DNA of 63,873 bases, filler included, from Octopus bimaculoides (GCF_001194135.2; 4 parts of 3 records of this genome joined end to end with filler, not necessarily neighbours in it), one strand, 5' to 3'. Positions 36,565 to 49,100 are shown, numbered from the whole stretch's first letter. The notes: generated by a model not told the origin, from the letters alone. Numbers and translations: made by a program.

Positions 36565-38071
36565 TTATAATCTTTTTTCCTGTTTCTCCTCCATTAGCAT
36601 TGTTTTTGTTCTTTCTGTTTTTAAAGCAATTTTATTTTTCTAATGTCTTATGAATGGTTCCAGTTCTCTTAATTCCACTACTGGCGACAAATTGTCAAAC
36701 TCCACCGCAATTCCCGGTGGATCAACGTTACGCATTTCCTTCAACCTGTTGTATCTGTCTTTATCAATTAACATGGCTTTCACATTTTCTCCGTGCGTAT
36801 CTGTAGGCAACTAAACTGTTATAACAGTTTTAAACTTCGTTATCATTCTTTCAGTTGCTGTGCTCTTAGCATATGTAACGAAATTCAATCTGTACTTTCT
36901 CGCTTATTTACCTTGCTCCACTCTCGTCACCTTCTCCCTATCTTCATCCTCCTCCATGTTGGTTAGTGTCGCTGTTTCTTCATGCTGTTGTCTTTCTACA
37001 TCACCTAAATCTTACTCCTCCACTGGTATCACTTGTACCCTGGATACTGTCTCCTTTTTCTCGAGCTCCTTCCCAACCTCCTTCTCGACCTCCTTTTCAA
37101 ACTCTTTCACGACCTCCTCCTCAGACTCCTCTTTATCTACTTCTTTTTTCTTTTTCTGCCTCACCGACGTAGAGCTTACTCTTTCTTTCCTCTTTCGTTT
37201 TTTAATTACTATAAATTCTTCCTCTGTTATGGCTGTCTCTTTCTCATCATTCTGTACTACTTCGTCTACCCTCTCCTGCACCTCAGACTTTTCCATCTGC
37301 TGTTCTTTCTCTTCTCTCTGGGAGCACCTCGCCTTCATATGGCCTTCCTCGCCACACAGGTAGCATATGGGAGGCCTACCATCCACTTCCACTCTCAGTC
37401 TCACGTCTTCGGGTAAAATTATTTCCCCTGCAATATTGCTCAAGTCATTTAAACTTGCTTGTATGGCCATCTCTATTCCACACCCCAAACAATTCAATCT
37501 TTTAGTTCTCATTACTCTCAGTATTTTTATTTCTTCCTCCATATTCAACATTATCGCTGCAACCAACCAAGTCTCGTTTATTTCCGGTAGCACTTTTCCC
37601 ACTTTCACTCTGGCAACACGCTTGCCACAGTATGTTGGCAAAATTACCCACACTTCCGTCTATATGGCTACAGTGGAGTGCTTTATTGCTTCGTCTTCAG
37701 TTGCGAATCGTACCTCCACTATGCCGCTTTCTTCTTCTAGTGATGAACATGGTGAACTTTTTGACCTCCTTTAGGTACTCTTCAATGGCTTCGATAGTTG
37801 TGATTTCAATTTTTGGGGATGACACTTCCAGTGTTTTGTATATCACTGTTCTCTTTCTTACACTATTTGTTAGTTCATCTGGTGGCGTTAATTTTAGGTT
37901 ATGGCCTTCCTTTTCCAGTAACTTCTCGCACTCTTTTAGCTTCTGCGGTTCTATTTTTACTTCCCGAACCTCCAAAGCATCCGAGTCCACTCCTCTGCCA
38001 GTTGCTATCGCATAACTGTGACCTTCTGCTGATCCAACTTCCATCTTTCTTCTCTTCTTATGTTCTCCCAT
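36565..38071 (-). pseudogene. L1/Tx1-ORF1-like zinc-knuckle gene (~500 codons, one frameshift, several stops)
   Basis: ORF pieces 38071-37697 and 37653-37012 join across a frameshift; LRVEVDGRPPICYLCGEEGHMKARC (CX2CX4HX4C), basic KKRKRK and E/K-rich tail; no RT or EN follows. Confidence 0.75.
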
Positions 38072-38240
38072 AAATGGGGAAAAAAAACTAACAGAAATCA
38101 AGAAACTCGTATGTAAATAACAGTAACAGCAATTTCAACAATCGTAGGTACATCCACGTGGGGAGACCTTCAATAAATATACAATAATAATTATATCACC
38201 ACTTACTTCTACGGAATCACAAGGATTTTAACCCCAAAAA

Positions 38241-38985
38241 ACAGCCTACTACGTACTCCTTTCTTTATTTGGTACTACGGCCATAACACAGTGGGGACAG
38301 CACAAGGACAGACAGAACACCACAGTGGGGACAAAAAACTTAGAACGAATGAGAAATGCGGTTGCATGAGCCCGCCTCTCATGCAGAACCATTTGATTGC
38401 TTTTACGCACAGTTTATAATCTTTTCTTTTTTTCCTTTGTTTTTTCCATTATCATCGTTTTTGTCTTTTTTTTAAAGAAACGATTTTACTTCCTTTTTTA
38501 TTGTCTCATAAATTGTTCCAGCTCCCTTAATTCTACCACTGGCGATAGTTAGTCAAACTCTACCACAACTCCCAGCGAATCAATGCCCCTTCCACACATT
38601 TCCTTTAACCTGTTATACCTATCTTTATCGATTACAGTAGCCTCACCCTGGAAACACGCTTGCCACAGTACGTTGGTAAAAGTGCCCATTCTTCCGTTTT
38701 TAAGGCTTCAGTGGAGTATTTTATCACTTCGTCTTCCGTCACGAATCGCACCTCCACTGTGCCATATTTTCTTCCTCTTGTGATAAAAGTGTTAAACTTC
38801 TTAGTTTCTTTTAAGCACTCTTTAATAGCTTCAATGTTTGCTATTTCTATTTTCCTGGATGACACCTTTAGTGTTTTAAATATAACAATTCTTTTTATCA
38901 CACGTTAGTTCCTCTGGTGGCATTAATTGTAAAGCATTGCCTTTCTTTTTCAACAACTTTTCACACTCTTTCAGCTTCCTCGGGC
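38241..38985 (-). mobile_element. Second, internally deleted and 5'-truncated copy of the zinc-knuckle element plus terminal repeat
   Basis: KRIVIFKTLKVSS...GRKYGTVEVRF...WALLPTYCGKRVSRV joined directly to IDKDRYNRLKEM; the same terminal repeat follows. Confidence 0.85.
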
Positions 38986-38989
38986 CCAG

Positions 38990-39510
38990 CCTTTATCCAA
39001 AGCACGTTCACTAAACTCAATTTTAGAGGCAGTGCTAAGTCTTTGACAGGAAGAATTATTTCACACATATAAACATTGCTTAGCCCTCTTTATTCCTTGA
39101 GTAACTTCTTACACAGCAACCTTCTTGCTATATTACTTGTCCTAAATGCTGAACTATTTTACTTGCTCAAGCTTCTATCCATCTACCTTTATATTTACTT
39201 CCCTTTGTTCTTCTTTACTAATAACCATTGTCTTCGTTATTTTTACATTCATATTTGGGTATCCTTAACAATTTGCCCTTTAGAGCATCAACAATATCTT
39301 ACAATTTCTTATTACTGACTGCTAATAATGCATCATTAGCATATCTTATGTTGTTTATGTTTATGACATTAACTGAGTCCTTTGATCTCATTTGACTTCC
39401 TAAATATATACTCAGTATAGATATTAAATAAGTGTGATAATAACACATATCCTTGTCTTACACCTCTGTTTATCTCTGCTGGTTCTGACAATTCCTGTTC
39501 TGTACTGTAT
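38990..39510 (-). mobile_element. RTE-clade LINE RT fragment
   Basis: EINRGVRQGYVLLSHLFNIY, INNIRYAND (YADD site), LEQVK*F. Confidence 0.82.
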
Positions 39511-39538
39511 ACATACATTCCACACACACACACATACG

Positions 39539-39591
<53 letters not shown>

Positions 39592-39990
39592 NNNNNNNNN
39601 NNNNNNNNNNNNNNNNNNNNNNNNNNNNNNNNNNNNNNNNNNNNNNNNNNNNNNNNNNNNNNNNNNNNNNNNNNNNNNNNNNNNNNNNNNNNNNNNNNNN
39701 NNNNNNNNNNNNNNNNNNNNNNNNNNNNNNNNNNNNNNNNNNNNNNNNNNNNNNNNNNNNNNNNNNNNNNNNNNNNNNNNNNNNNNNNNNNNNNNNNNNN
39801 NNNNNNNNNNNNNNNNNNNNNNNNNNNNNNNNNNNNNNNNNNNNNNNNNNNNNNNNNNNNNNNNNNNNNNNNNNNNNNNNNNNNNNNNNNNNNNNNNNNN
39901 NNNNNNNNNNNNNNNNNNNNNNNNNNNNNNNNNNNNNNNNNNNNNNNNNNNNNNNNNNNNNNNNNNNNNNNNNNNNNNNNNNNNNNNNNN

Positions 39991-40049
<59 letters not shown>

Positions 40050-41247
40050 AGGACCATTATGAAGCAGTTATGCAATTTTTAGTACGCATCATTTATATGG
40101 TAGCATTAATGTGTGGAAAAAGTAAGTGAAAAAATGTGTATTTTAGATAGAATTGATTATGCTCACCATCATTCCAAACACAGACGATAACCATTCAGAG
40201 GTTCTCTAGAACTACGCTTTGCGGCTGATATTTATGCTCTAAAGCTTACTAATTGTCTTAGAGAAGTTTTATCGAATGAGCTATCGTTGAAAAAGCATTC
40301 GTCTTCAAAAAGACCCAATAAATTAGAATTGAAACTGTAATTAAAGAGTAAAAACAATGATCGGCAATGATAATAATATTAAGGTCCTTATTGATGACTA
40401 GAAAATGAATGCGTTTGTGTCCTAGAGTTGAATCAGAAGTTAATACTATCATATGTGGAATTAAAGTCACAAAATTTAAGAATCCAAACACCAAAATTTA
40501 TCTAAATTCAAAATCGTATAAGGATTTCACAGTGTATGTATGTACTTTTCTTTGCGTTTTATTCAAGTTTTATTAAGTTCTTTTGAAGAGTGTTCAAGTC
40601 GGTCGCTAACAAAATGACAAGACTTTTCGAGAGTTCTCGGTGTTTGCAAATATCTGGTTGAAAGCATGCTTGCATGTACATATGTATATATATGTACATA
40701 CACATAATTCAAGTGCACACATATGAAGTCCTCGTAGTATTTAAAATTATACGATGCGTACATATAGATGTGAGTGCATATATGAATGTTTGTACAATTT
40801 TGTATCTTCCAAAAATATTCTTTGATAATGAGGAAGAGAGAGGCAAGATGAATATCATACATGTATCCAAATATTCATTGTGGCGTGTTAGAGAGCAAGA
40901 AACTGAGAGAACATGTAGAAAAGGTCATAGCAATTGGTATGTATGTTATTATTCAATTTTATTTCAAGATTTCTTGCCAATAGAAAAAGAGCCGGTTTCT
41001 TAGATCTAAAGCTACTTTTTTGGAATTTCAACAACATCAACAGGTTAATTTTGTATGTATGCGTGTATATGTGGAGTATTTGGAGTCAGTGCATGTGTGG
41101 ATATGTAATGGATGTATGCACGTATGTATGTATGTATGTATGTATGTATGTATGTATGTATACATACGTAGGTATGTATGCAAGTGTATAAATGCATGCA
41201 GACATATACATGCATCCATTCATGTGAATGTATACATTTATTCTTGG

Positions 41248-41324
<77 letters not shown>

Positions 41325-42583
41325 AAAATATATATATACACAAGCATACACANNNNNNNNNNNNNNNNNNNNNNNNNNNNNNNNNNNNNNNNNNNNNNNN
41401 NNNNNNNNNNNNNNNNNNNNNNNNNNNNNNNNNNTATATATATATATATTTATATATACATACATGCATGCATACATACATACTTACATATATACATATA
41501 TATATACACACACGTGCATACACACACATGCACATGCACACACAAACACACACAAAAGCATACACACACACACACACACACACCTATATACCTGTATATG
41601 TTTCCTTTAAATGAATTCTGTATAGCCTGGCGCCGCACTCTAGCTTGGAAAATCAGGTTTTCTGAATGGAAATTAGATAACAACAGCGTAATGTGACACG
41701 TAGAACATTAAAGTCTTTTATAGCCTAACATTTCTACTCGTGCATTTATTTGGGCATATATGCATGCGTATGTCTTTATAAATCTCTAGAAATGCATATA
41801 CAATAAACGTGCTTTTTGGTCTGACACATCGAGACGACTGAGGAATCCATTCAATCGATCTCCTTTCTCTTAACTTCGTTCCTTCCTCCATTCCTTCCGT
41901 TCTGTCTTCCTTCTTTCCTTCCGTCCTTCCTGCCTTCCTTTCTTCCGTTCTTCCTTCCTTTTCTTTCTTTATTTCTTTCTTTTTTTTCTTTCTTTCTTTT
42001 TTTTCTTTCTTTCTTTTTTTCTTTCTTTCTTTCTTTCCCTCTAGTTCTTCAGTTTCTTTTAGCTATTGCGGCTGAGGCTACGGTATAACATCTGCCGTCT
42101 CCTTCCCTGTTTTGAAATAGTTGAATGAAGTCTTAGATGAAGTTGGCTGATTCGGGATGTTATAGGATGTTATATAAATAATAGAGTTTAAATATCTCAG
42201 CAGGGTTTCGTTGATATTTTTGGAAGTACTTTGTAGAATTACCGGCCTTTTAAATTTGAAATTGCTGCATTAGAGGCTGCTGCTTATGTATCAAAATTTG
42301 GAACAAGAGTTTCAAGGAAAGCAAACACATATATACTCACATAGACATACACACACACACATGATGATGATGATTATATATACATATATATACATGTGCA
42401 CACATACACGCACATATATATAAATATTCTATTGTGTGAATGTGTGTACGTTTATATACACACACACAGACACACACACACACAGACACACACACACAGA
42501 CACACANNNNNNNNNNNNNNNNNNNNNNNNNNNNNNNNNNNNNNNNNNNNATATATATATATATATATACATATGTTCAAATA

Positions 42584-42922
42584 AAGGTTACAAACCTCAT
42601 TAAGGGATAATAAAATCCAATGAATATACTCGTTTATTACCTTTTACAAGAAGAGTTGAATATTACAATTAATATTCAACTGTAGGTAGTTGGATAAACG
42701 GGGGTTTATATATATTTTTAAGAAAATAAGAAAATAGAGAGATAATTAAATTGATAATTATTTATTAATTATAATGAGATTAATTATATAGAGATGATGT
42801 CCTATTTTACAATTAATAAATAGTTATTAATTTAATTATCTCCTATTATTCATATTTTCTTAAAATTAAATATATATGTAGATACATATAAGGATTTATT
42901 TTTCGTAATGAGATAAAAAACC
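42584..42922. repeat. AT-rich fold-back structure with an internal perfect 11-bp hairpin
   Basis: AAGAAAATAAGAAAATAGAGAGATAATTAAATT vs AATTTAATTATCTCCTATTATTCATATTTTCTT; outer GGTTACAAACCTCATTAAGGGATAATAAAATCC vs GGATTTATTTTTCGTAATGAGATAAAAAACC; GTTGAATATTA/TAATATTCAAC. Confidence 0.65.
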
Positions 42923-42954
42923 AAGGCTGAGTATAATTCAGAACATTATTATAT

Positions 42955-43541
42955 GGACCGAAGCATCGAAAATCTTTCCTAAACCCGAGCTCTTCAGAAA
43001 GAAGGTTATGGTGACTGTTTGGTGATGTACTGCTGGACTCATCACGATAACTTCTTAAAACTCGGAAAGACCATTACTGCAGAAGCATTGCCATGAAATT
43101 GCCAAAATGAACGAAAAACTGCTACTCCTCCGTCCCAGACTGGTCAGCAGAAGAGGGCCAATCATTCTTCATGACAATGTTCGACTACACATTTCACTAA
43201 TGACGCTCTACAAGTTGAGGGAACTTAGCTACGAAGTTCTTCCTCACCCAGCTTATTCCCCAGATCTTTCTCCTACCGACTAGCACTTTTTCAAGCACCT
43301 TGATGGTTTCCTGCGAGAGAAGGTGTTCAAAAATGAAATTGATGCTGAAAGTGCGTTCAAAGTGTTCATCAGATCCAGAACTCCAGATTTTTATGTTACC
43401 GGAATAAACAAACTTGTAACTCATTGGCAAAAATGCGTTGACTGTAATGGTACTTACTTTGATGAATGAACTTTTTGCCTTGTTAAAATATAATGTGATG
43501 AATTTTGTTTCAAAACGTTGCTTACTTTGTACTCATCCTGA
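42955..43541 (+). mobile_element. mariner C-terminal relic with right TIR
   Basis: PKPELFRKKVMVTVW, ILHDNVRLH, HPAYSPDLSPTD*HFFKHL. Confidence 0.88.
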
Positions 43542-44034
43542 TATATATATATATATATATATAAAATCTGCCTTAGACTCGCGCTAGTACCCATCTCCTC
43601 ACTTTCTCACGTTCTTCACACACACAAACACTCGCATATACACAATAGCTCATGCGCCCCACTTGCCTATGCAAAGCGTAGGTGAGCGGGGGGGGGGGAG
43701 GCGCTTTCTCATTTCTACATACATACTCATATAAAAGCACATAACCTGCTGCCCTAATATGCTCAATTTCAGATACGAATACATTTCTATAGTTTCATAT
43801 ATTCACCTCCTCCTACTTTCTTAACCTCGCATTTGGGCTACATTTCAAATTGGTTCATAACTCTTCAGCCACTTCTTCTGTGATTGGCTATTACTCCGTC
43901 GCATTCTGAAGAAGAAATAATAGCAGAATTATTAATAATCACTCTTTCCATTATATCGTTAAGCTAACACCTTACTTATCAAACCTTGTTCCTCTTATGT
44001 GGTCTTTGTTATTCTCCATTGCCTGTACACTAAA

Positions 44035-44310
44035 TGTATATATATACATATCCATCATGATTGACCGCTAGCTCCAAAAGTTTTTTTTTTAAATTCCATC
44101 TGTTTATTTCCTCGTGTTCCTTTCTGTTGAAGAGCGTAGGCTCGAAATGTAAAAGATTTTTCTCACCTTCCTGAGCGTTAAACTAATTACACCTGTTTGT
44201 TGTTTATACACCTGGCTTCGTCTGTTATTTTTCTGTAAATTTCAACTATAACTATATGTATGTATATATATACATATCCATCATGATTGACCGCTAGCTC
44301 CAAAAGTTTT
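44035..44310 (+). repeat. 226-bp unit bounded by identical 50-bp direct repeats, containing variant-core hammerhead copy 3
   Basis: 44035-44084 equals 44261-44310; CTTT-CTGTTGA-A-GAGC(GTAG)GCTC-GAAAT-GTA-AAAG at 44120-44155. Confidence 0.8.
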
Positions 44311-44997
44311 NNNNNNNNNNNNNNNNNNNNNNNNNNNNNNNNNNNNNNNNNNNNNNNNNNNNNNNNNNNNNNNNNNNNNNNNNNNNNNNNNNNNNNNNNN
44401 NNNNNNNNNNNNNNNNNNNNNNNNNNNNNNNNNNNNNNNNNNNNNNNNNNNNNNNNNNNNNNNNNNNNNNNNNNNNNNNNNNNNNNNNNNNNNNNNNNNN
44501 NNNNNNNNNNNNNNNNNNNNNNNNNNNNNNNNNNNNNNNNNNNNNNNNNNNNNNNNNNNNNNNNNNNNNNNNNNNNNNNNNNNNNNNNNNNNNNNNNNNN
44601 NNNNNNNNNNNNNNNNNNNNNNNNNNNNNNNNNNNNNNNNNNNNNNNNNNNNNNNNNNNNNNNNNNNNNNNNNNNNNNNNNNNNNNNNNNNNNNNNNNNN
44701 NNNNNNNNNNNNNNNNNNNNNNNNNNNNNNNNNNNNNNNNNNNNNNNNNNNNNNNNNNNNNNNNNNNNNNNNNNNNNNNNNNNNNNNNNNNNNNNNNNNN
44801 NNNNNNNNNNNNNNNNNNNNNNNNNNNNNNNNNNNNNNNNNNNNNNNNNNNNNNNNNNNNNNNNNNNNNNNNNNNNNNNNNNNNNNNNNNNNNNNNNNNN
44901 NNNNNNNNNNNNNNNNNNNNNNNNNNNNNNNNNNNNNNNNNNNNNNNNNNNNNNNNNNNNNNNNNNNNNNNNNNNNNNNNNNNNNNNNNNNNNNNNN

Positions 44998-45065
44998 CAC
45001 CCAAGAGGAATCGCTGCTAGATGTGTCGAAACAATTCTCGTGATTAATAATACATTTTCGTATAT
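44998..45065 (+). repeat. PLE 3' terminal fragment homologous to 51430-51495
   Basis: GCTAGATGTGTCGAAACAATTCTCGTGA vs GCTAGGCGTGTCGAAACAATTGTAGTGA. Confidence 0.6.
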
Positions 45066-45087
45066 TCCATCTTCTGTTTTTTATTTG

Positions 45088-45152
<65 letters not shown>

Positions 45153-45486
45153 TGCGTGTGTGTGCGTGTATGTGTGTGTGTGTACAATAGTCTTATTAAC
45201 CAGCGAAGTGATCTACGACATGAAGGCCGTCAACTAAGTGAATTCCTAATTCAATTACATTCGTCTGAAACATCATATGTTATGAAAAATTCAGGTACAA
45301 ATAAAGTGATAAAATAAGAAATAAATTCTGTGTTGAGAAATATACTAATTCATTCTGTGAACCCAATTTTACTTTATCAGCTTTCGATACCAAGTTCATT
45401 TACAGTTTCCGCTACAAAATTATTTCATTTCTGTCAATAATGTCTGTTTGAAAAGTCTAGGTGTCTCCTTTCCTGCATATATATTT

Positions 45487-45701
45487 TGGTTTCAAATTTT
45501 GGCACAAGGCCAGCAAATTCTGGGGAAGGGGGAAGTCGATTAAATCGACCCCAATGTTCAACGGGTACATTTTAAATCGACCCCGAAAGGATGAAAGGCA
45601 AAGTCAACATCGGCGGAATTAGAAGTCAGGACGTAAAGACTGACAAAATGCAGCTTAGCATTTTCTCTGACGTGCTAACGATTCTGCTAGCTCGTTGACT
45701 T
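45487..45701 (-). mobile_element. SINE family A copy
   Basis: Full reverse-complement match to the consensus. Confidence 0.88.
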
Positions 45702-46379
45702 TCTTTCATACTGTTTCTCATAACTGACACTGAAATAGTAGCTAGTTATGCGGAATCATGGATTATATGCCTGAAGCATTTTTTCAGTGATTTCACATAA
45801 CCCCCCGCTGCTTCTGCATCTGTTATATTTAGTACTACCAACTGGTCTTTTCGTGTTTTTATTGAGGCTCACATTGAATCAAGCAAATAATTGAGCCAAA
45901 TACTCGGTTCTTTCGCTGCCGTGTTATTTCTGCAGAAATTCACGCATATATATTCAGACTGTATATCATTACATTAATACCAAATATCTGAGGTGTCGTG
46001 CAATGGTCATAAATAGTATACGTCCCTTATGATCAAATCGTGAAGTAGTGTAAACGATTTATTGTTTTATCTATCTCTAAGTTTAGTTCTTTAGTTCCTA
46101 TAAACTATTACTATGATGTACTTAATCCTGGCAGACTGGGTTAATTTTTTTTTTTTACAAAAATTCATTTTTATGACGTTTCTGTTTTTGAATCGGATTC
46201 GTTTGAGCTCATGTCAGTTAAGTGAGTAAAAGATATATCTTTGAGATGATATACAAGTCTATTTCAAATTTGCTTCTCAGTAAGATTATGAATCAATGCC
46301 ATGTGCAAGTCAACTTCTGCATCAAGCTCAAAAACAGTTCTGTTGCTCCCAACCTGTTGCTGATCTGGTGTATATTTTA

Positions 46380-46570
46380 TGGGTTTCAAACCTTGGCACA
46401 AGGCCAGTAACTTCAATTATATAGGCCCCAGTGCTCAGCTGGCACTTATTTTTTCGACCCCGAAAGAATGAAAGTCAAATTTGGTGGAATTTGAACTCAA
46501 TGTAAAGACGGAAGAAATGCCGGTATGCATTTTGCCCGGCGTGCTAACTATTCTGTTAGCTCACCAACTT
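46380..46570 (-). mobile_element. SINE family A copy
   Basis: CGACCCCGAAAGAATGAAAG ... GGCGTGCTAACTATTCTG. Confidence 0.85.
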
Positions 46571-46739
46571 TGGTATATATTTTATTCATTGATCGTCAAG
46601 TTGATCAACACAGAACTTGAACCACAAAACTGTTAACAAATATTAATTCTAAATATTTTGCCAGTGGAACATGTTCAAATCAAAAGCGCAAACCTTACAA
46701 GTAAGTTTCACCAGAAATATTTGTTATGTAATATCCTTT

Positions 46740-46892
46740 CTGCTATAAGTACAAGGCCTGATATTCTGCGAGGAAGGAGCTGGTTGATTACATGAATCCC
46801 AGTGCTCAACTGGTACTCAATTCATCGTTCTCGAAAGGATGAAAGACAAAGTTAACCTCGACCTGATAGCTATTCTGTCAGCTCGCTGCCTT
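46740..46892 (-). mobile_element. SINE family A, deleted copy
   Basis: GAAAGGATGAAAGACAAAG ... ATTCTGTCAGCTCGCTGCCTT. Confidence 0.8.
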
Positions 46893-47599
46893 TATTTGGT
46901 ACTTAACCTCGACAATTAGGTGATCAAATCCCTGTAGAATTAAGTGTCATTTATAGAGATATAATAATACACGTGTATTGGATACACGTGTATCCAATAC
47001 CCTTGAACGCCTTATTCATATAGGTTACTCATCTCCTTAAAAAATAAGTATGCCATATTTAAAATCTTCTAGTCTTTTCAGTGAATATACCCAATATCTG
47101 TGAGTGAATGGAGCTAAATTTAGAATTTCAGTCATCTTATTATATTGCATTCAATGTCCATTAGTTTCGAAGAACTTTTGGAAAAAAAGCACCTACCATT
47201 CTACACAAAATTCGAAGCAGAACTGAGCTCCTGTTTGCTTTGCTTTGTTTTCCTTTTTGTGAGTTTCATCAACATGATATGAGAACAAGTCGGGAAATTT
47301 TGTTGATTAACATCATTTTTGCTATCATTTTTCACGCAATTTGATACTGTCATGCAATGTCGAAAATAAATATTCCAACAAAAATGATCAGTCTTGCGTA
47401 GGTGTCATGGTTACAGTCTACTTAGCATTTTACTTACTCGGCATTTTATGTGCCTCTAACTTAATTTGTCGTTTCATCTATATTTTTTGAAAATTCTTAT
47501 ATACTATTATGGAATATCATATCCATAGGCAATAAAGATGTTTTCCTCCGCTTTACTTAAAAATATTTTGCCTTCCGTGCACAATATATTTTCTTCCCT

Positions 47600-48340
47600 T
47601 CCAATATATAGAAAATATAGAAATATTATTGCTAGATATCACGAGATATTGTTGTTGATAAAACGATATATTATAATCAGATACTTTAAGATATAGAAGT
47701 TTAGGATCTGAAGATGCTGTAGCTAAATATCGTCTAATATTCTAGTTTGACATGTTGAGTGTTGCTAGATATTAAAATATAGTAGTTGCATATCAATATG
47801 TATTAGGTATCGCGGCATATTATTAGATATCATGATATATTGCAATTATATATCGAAAGATATTTAAGCGAGGTATTTTGAAGCATCGTATTAAGATGTT
47901 GATTTTCAACGAAGACACAAGATCTCACATTGTGGGGAAAGGTAATGCCAATGAAATTGATCCCAATAATTCATTGGTACTTACTTTTCAACTCCCAAAA
48001 GGATGAAAGTCTAAATCAACCTTGATGGCAATTGAACACAAAACATAAAAGGCTGTAACTAAATACAAAAAAATTATCTTGTACGACGCTCTAATGATTA
48101 TGTCAATCCTAGACTCTTATCATAATAAGATTATAATAGTTAAATATTGTAATATATTGCTGCTAGATATTCTGAGATATTGCAATCAAATATTGTAAAA
48201 TTCTGTTATTAGATATCAAGAACTAATGTTAAATAGATATTGCACATTAATGCTGTTAGATTGTAAGAACTAATGTAGTTAGATAAACTTGAGTTATTGT
48301 AGTTAAACATGATGAAATTTTAATAGACATTGCAATGCAT
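47600..48340. repeat. Degenerate GATATT/CTAGATAT-rich satellite interrupted by a SINE A copy (~47930-48110, -)
   Basis: Recurrent TTGCTAGATAT and GATATT motifs on both sides of the SINE. Confidence 0.55.
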
Positions 48341-48689
48341 AAATCAGTGGTTATTGTATCAAGAAATCTGATGTCTTTCTCTCGGATAAAAGAAGTAGGA
48401 GGGATTAGTAAAGTTTGAGAATGCAATAATGTAAGGTAGGAATATAGAAAAGGGGAAGTGTGTAAGCAGATAGGAGATAGAGAAGTTCGACCAAGAATGT
48501 CAAATGAAAGCGATTCCACATACTTTGGTTCTATTTCATTAATTTAGATGGATCGATCCTCACTACCCGAATATCTGACATTTCCTGAAACAGGACACAT
48601 TATAAAGGCGTTTGCCTGATCACTGCATTGAAAACATTCTGAGATACTTCACTAGTTTTCAAATGGTTTATTAGTAACTTTGATGCACT

Positions 48690-49100
48690 ACAGGTGGGGA
48701 TTGTTAAGTGATACAATGTATTGTTGTCATTGCAATATGCAAGTTAAGCGTTCAACCGAGTCAAGTACATTGATTCAATTTCCTCCTGTGAGATTATTTG
48801 TAGATGACACTAGCATAAGAACAGGAGACCCCTTACCGCGTAGTTTTACATTATGGAAAAGAAAAGCAGTATCAGATAATTATTTATACTTTACTGTACG
48901 TAAAGGAACAAATCTATTATCTTGATAGTGTAAGTGTAGGATTCAATGAGTGTGTTACATCTTCATTATATTCAAAAGCAGGCAAAGAGGAAAATCAATT
49001 TAATGAAATCATTTAAAAGACTGTTAACATGTGGGTGTTGGGGCAATATTTCTTTTCACACAATTTGGCCATGTGTACTCAGGCAAACCGAGTCAATCAC
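48690..49100 (+). mobile_element. Possible non-LTR RT relic (HERO/R2-like)
   Basis: QFPPVRLFVDDT resembles the PPxRxFMDD active-site context; flanking motifs weak. Confidence 0.35.

Noticed and set aside
36860-38015. Plus-strand S/F/L-rich ORFs (36860-37363, 37033-37416, 37367-37774, 37632-38015)
   Set aside because: Antisense shadows of the purine-rich minus-strand zinc-knuckle gene.
42040-42320. Possible retroelement coding fragment on the minus strand
   Set aside because: No diagnostic motif could be confirmed.
43830-43875. Minus-strand CTGAAGA...GAAATGTA candidate (similar weak case at 56965-57005)
   Set aside because: Stems do not close convincingly; kept only as possible decayed relics.
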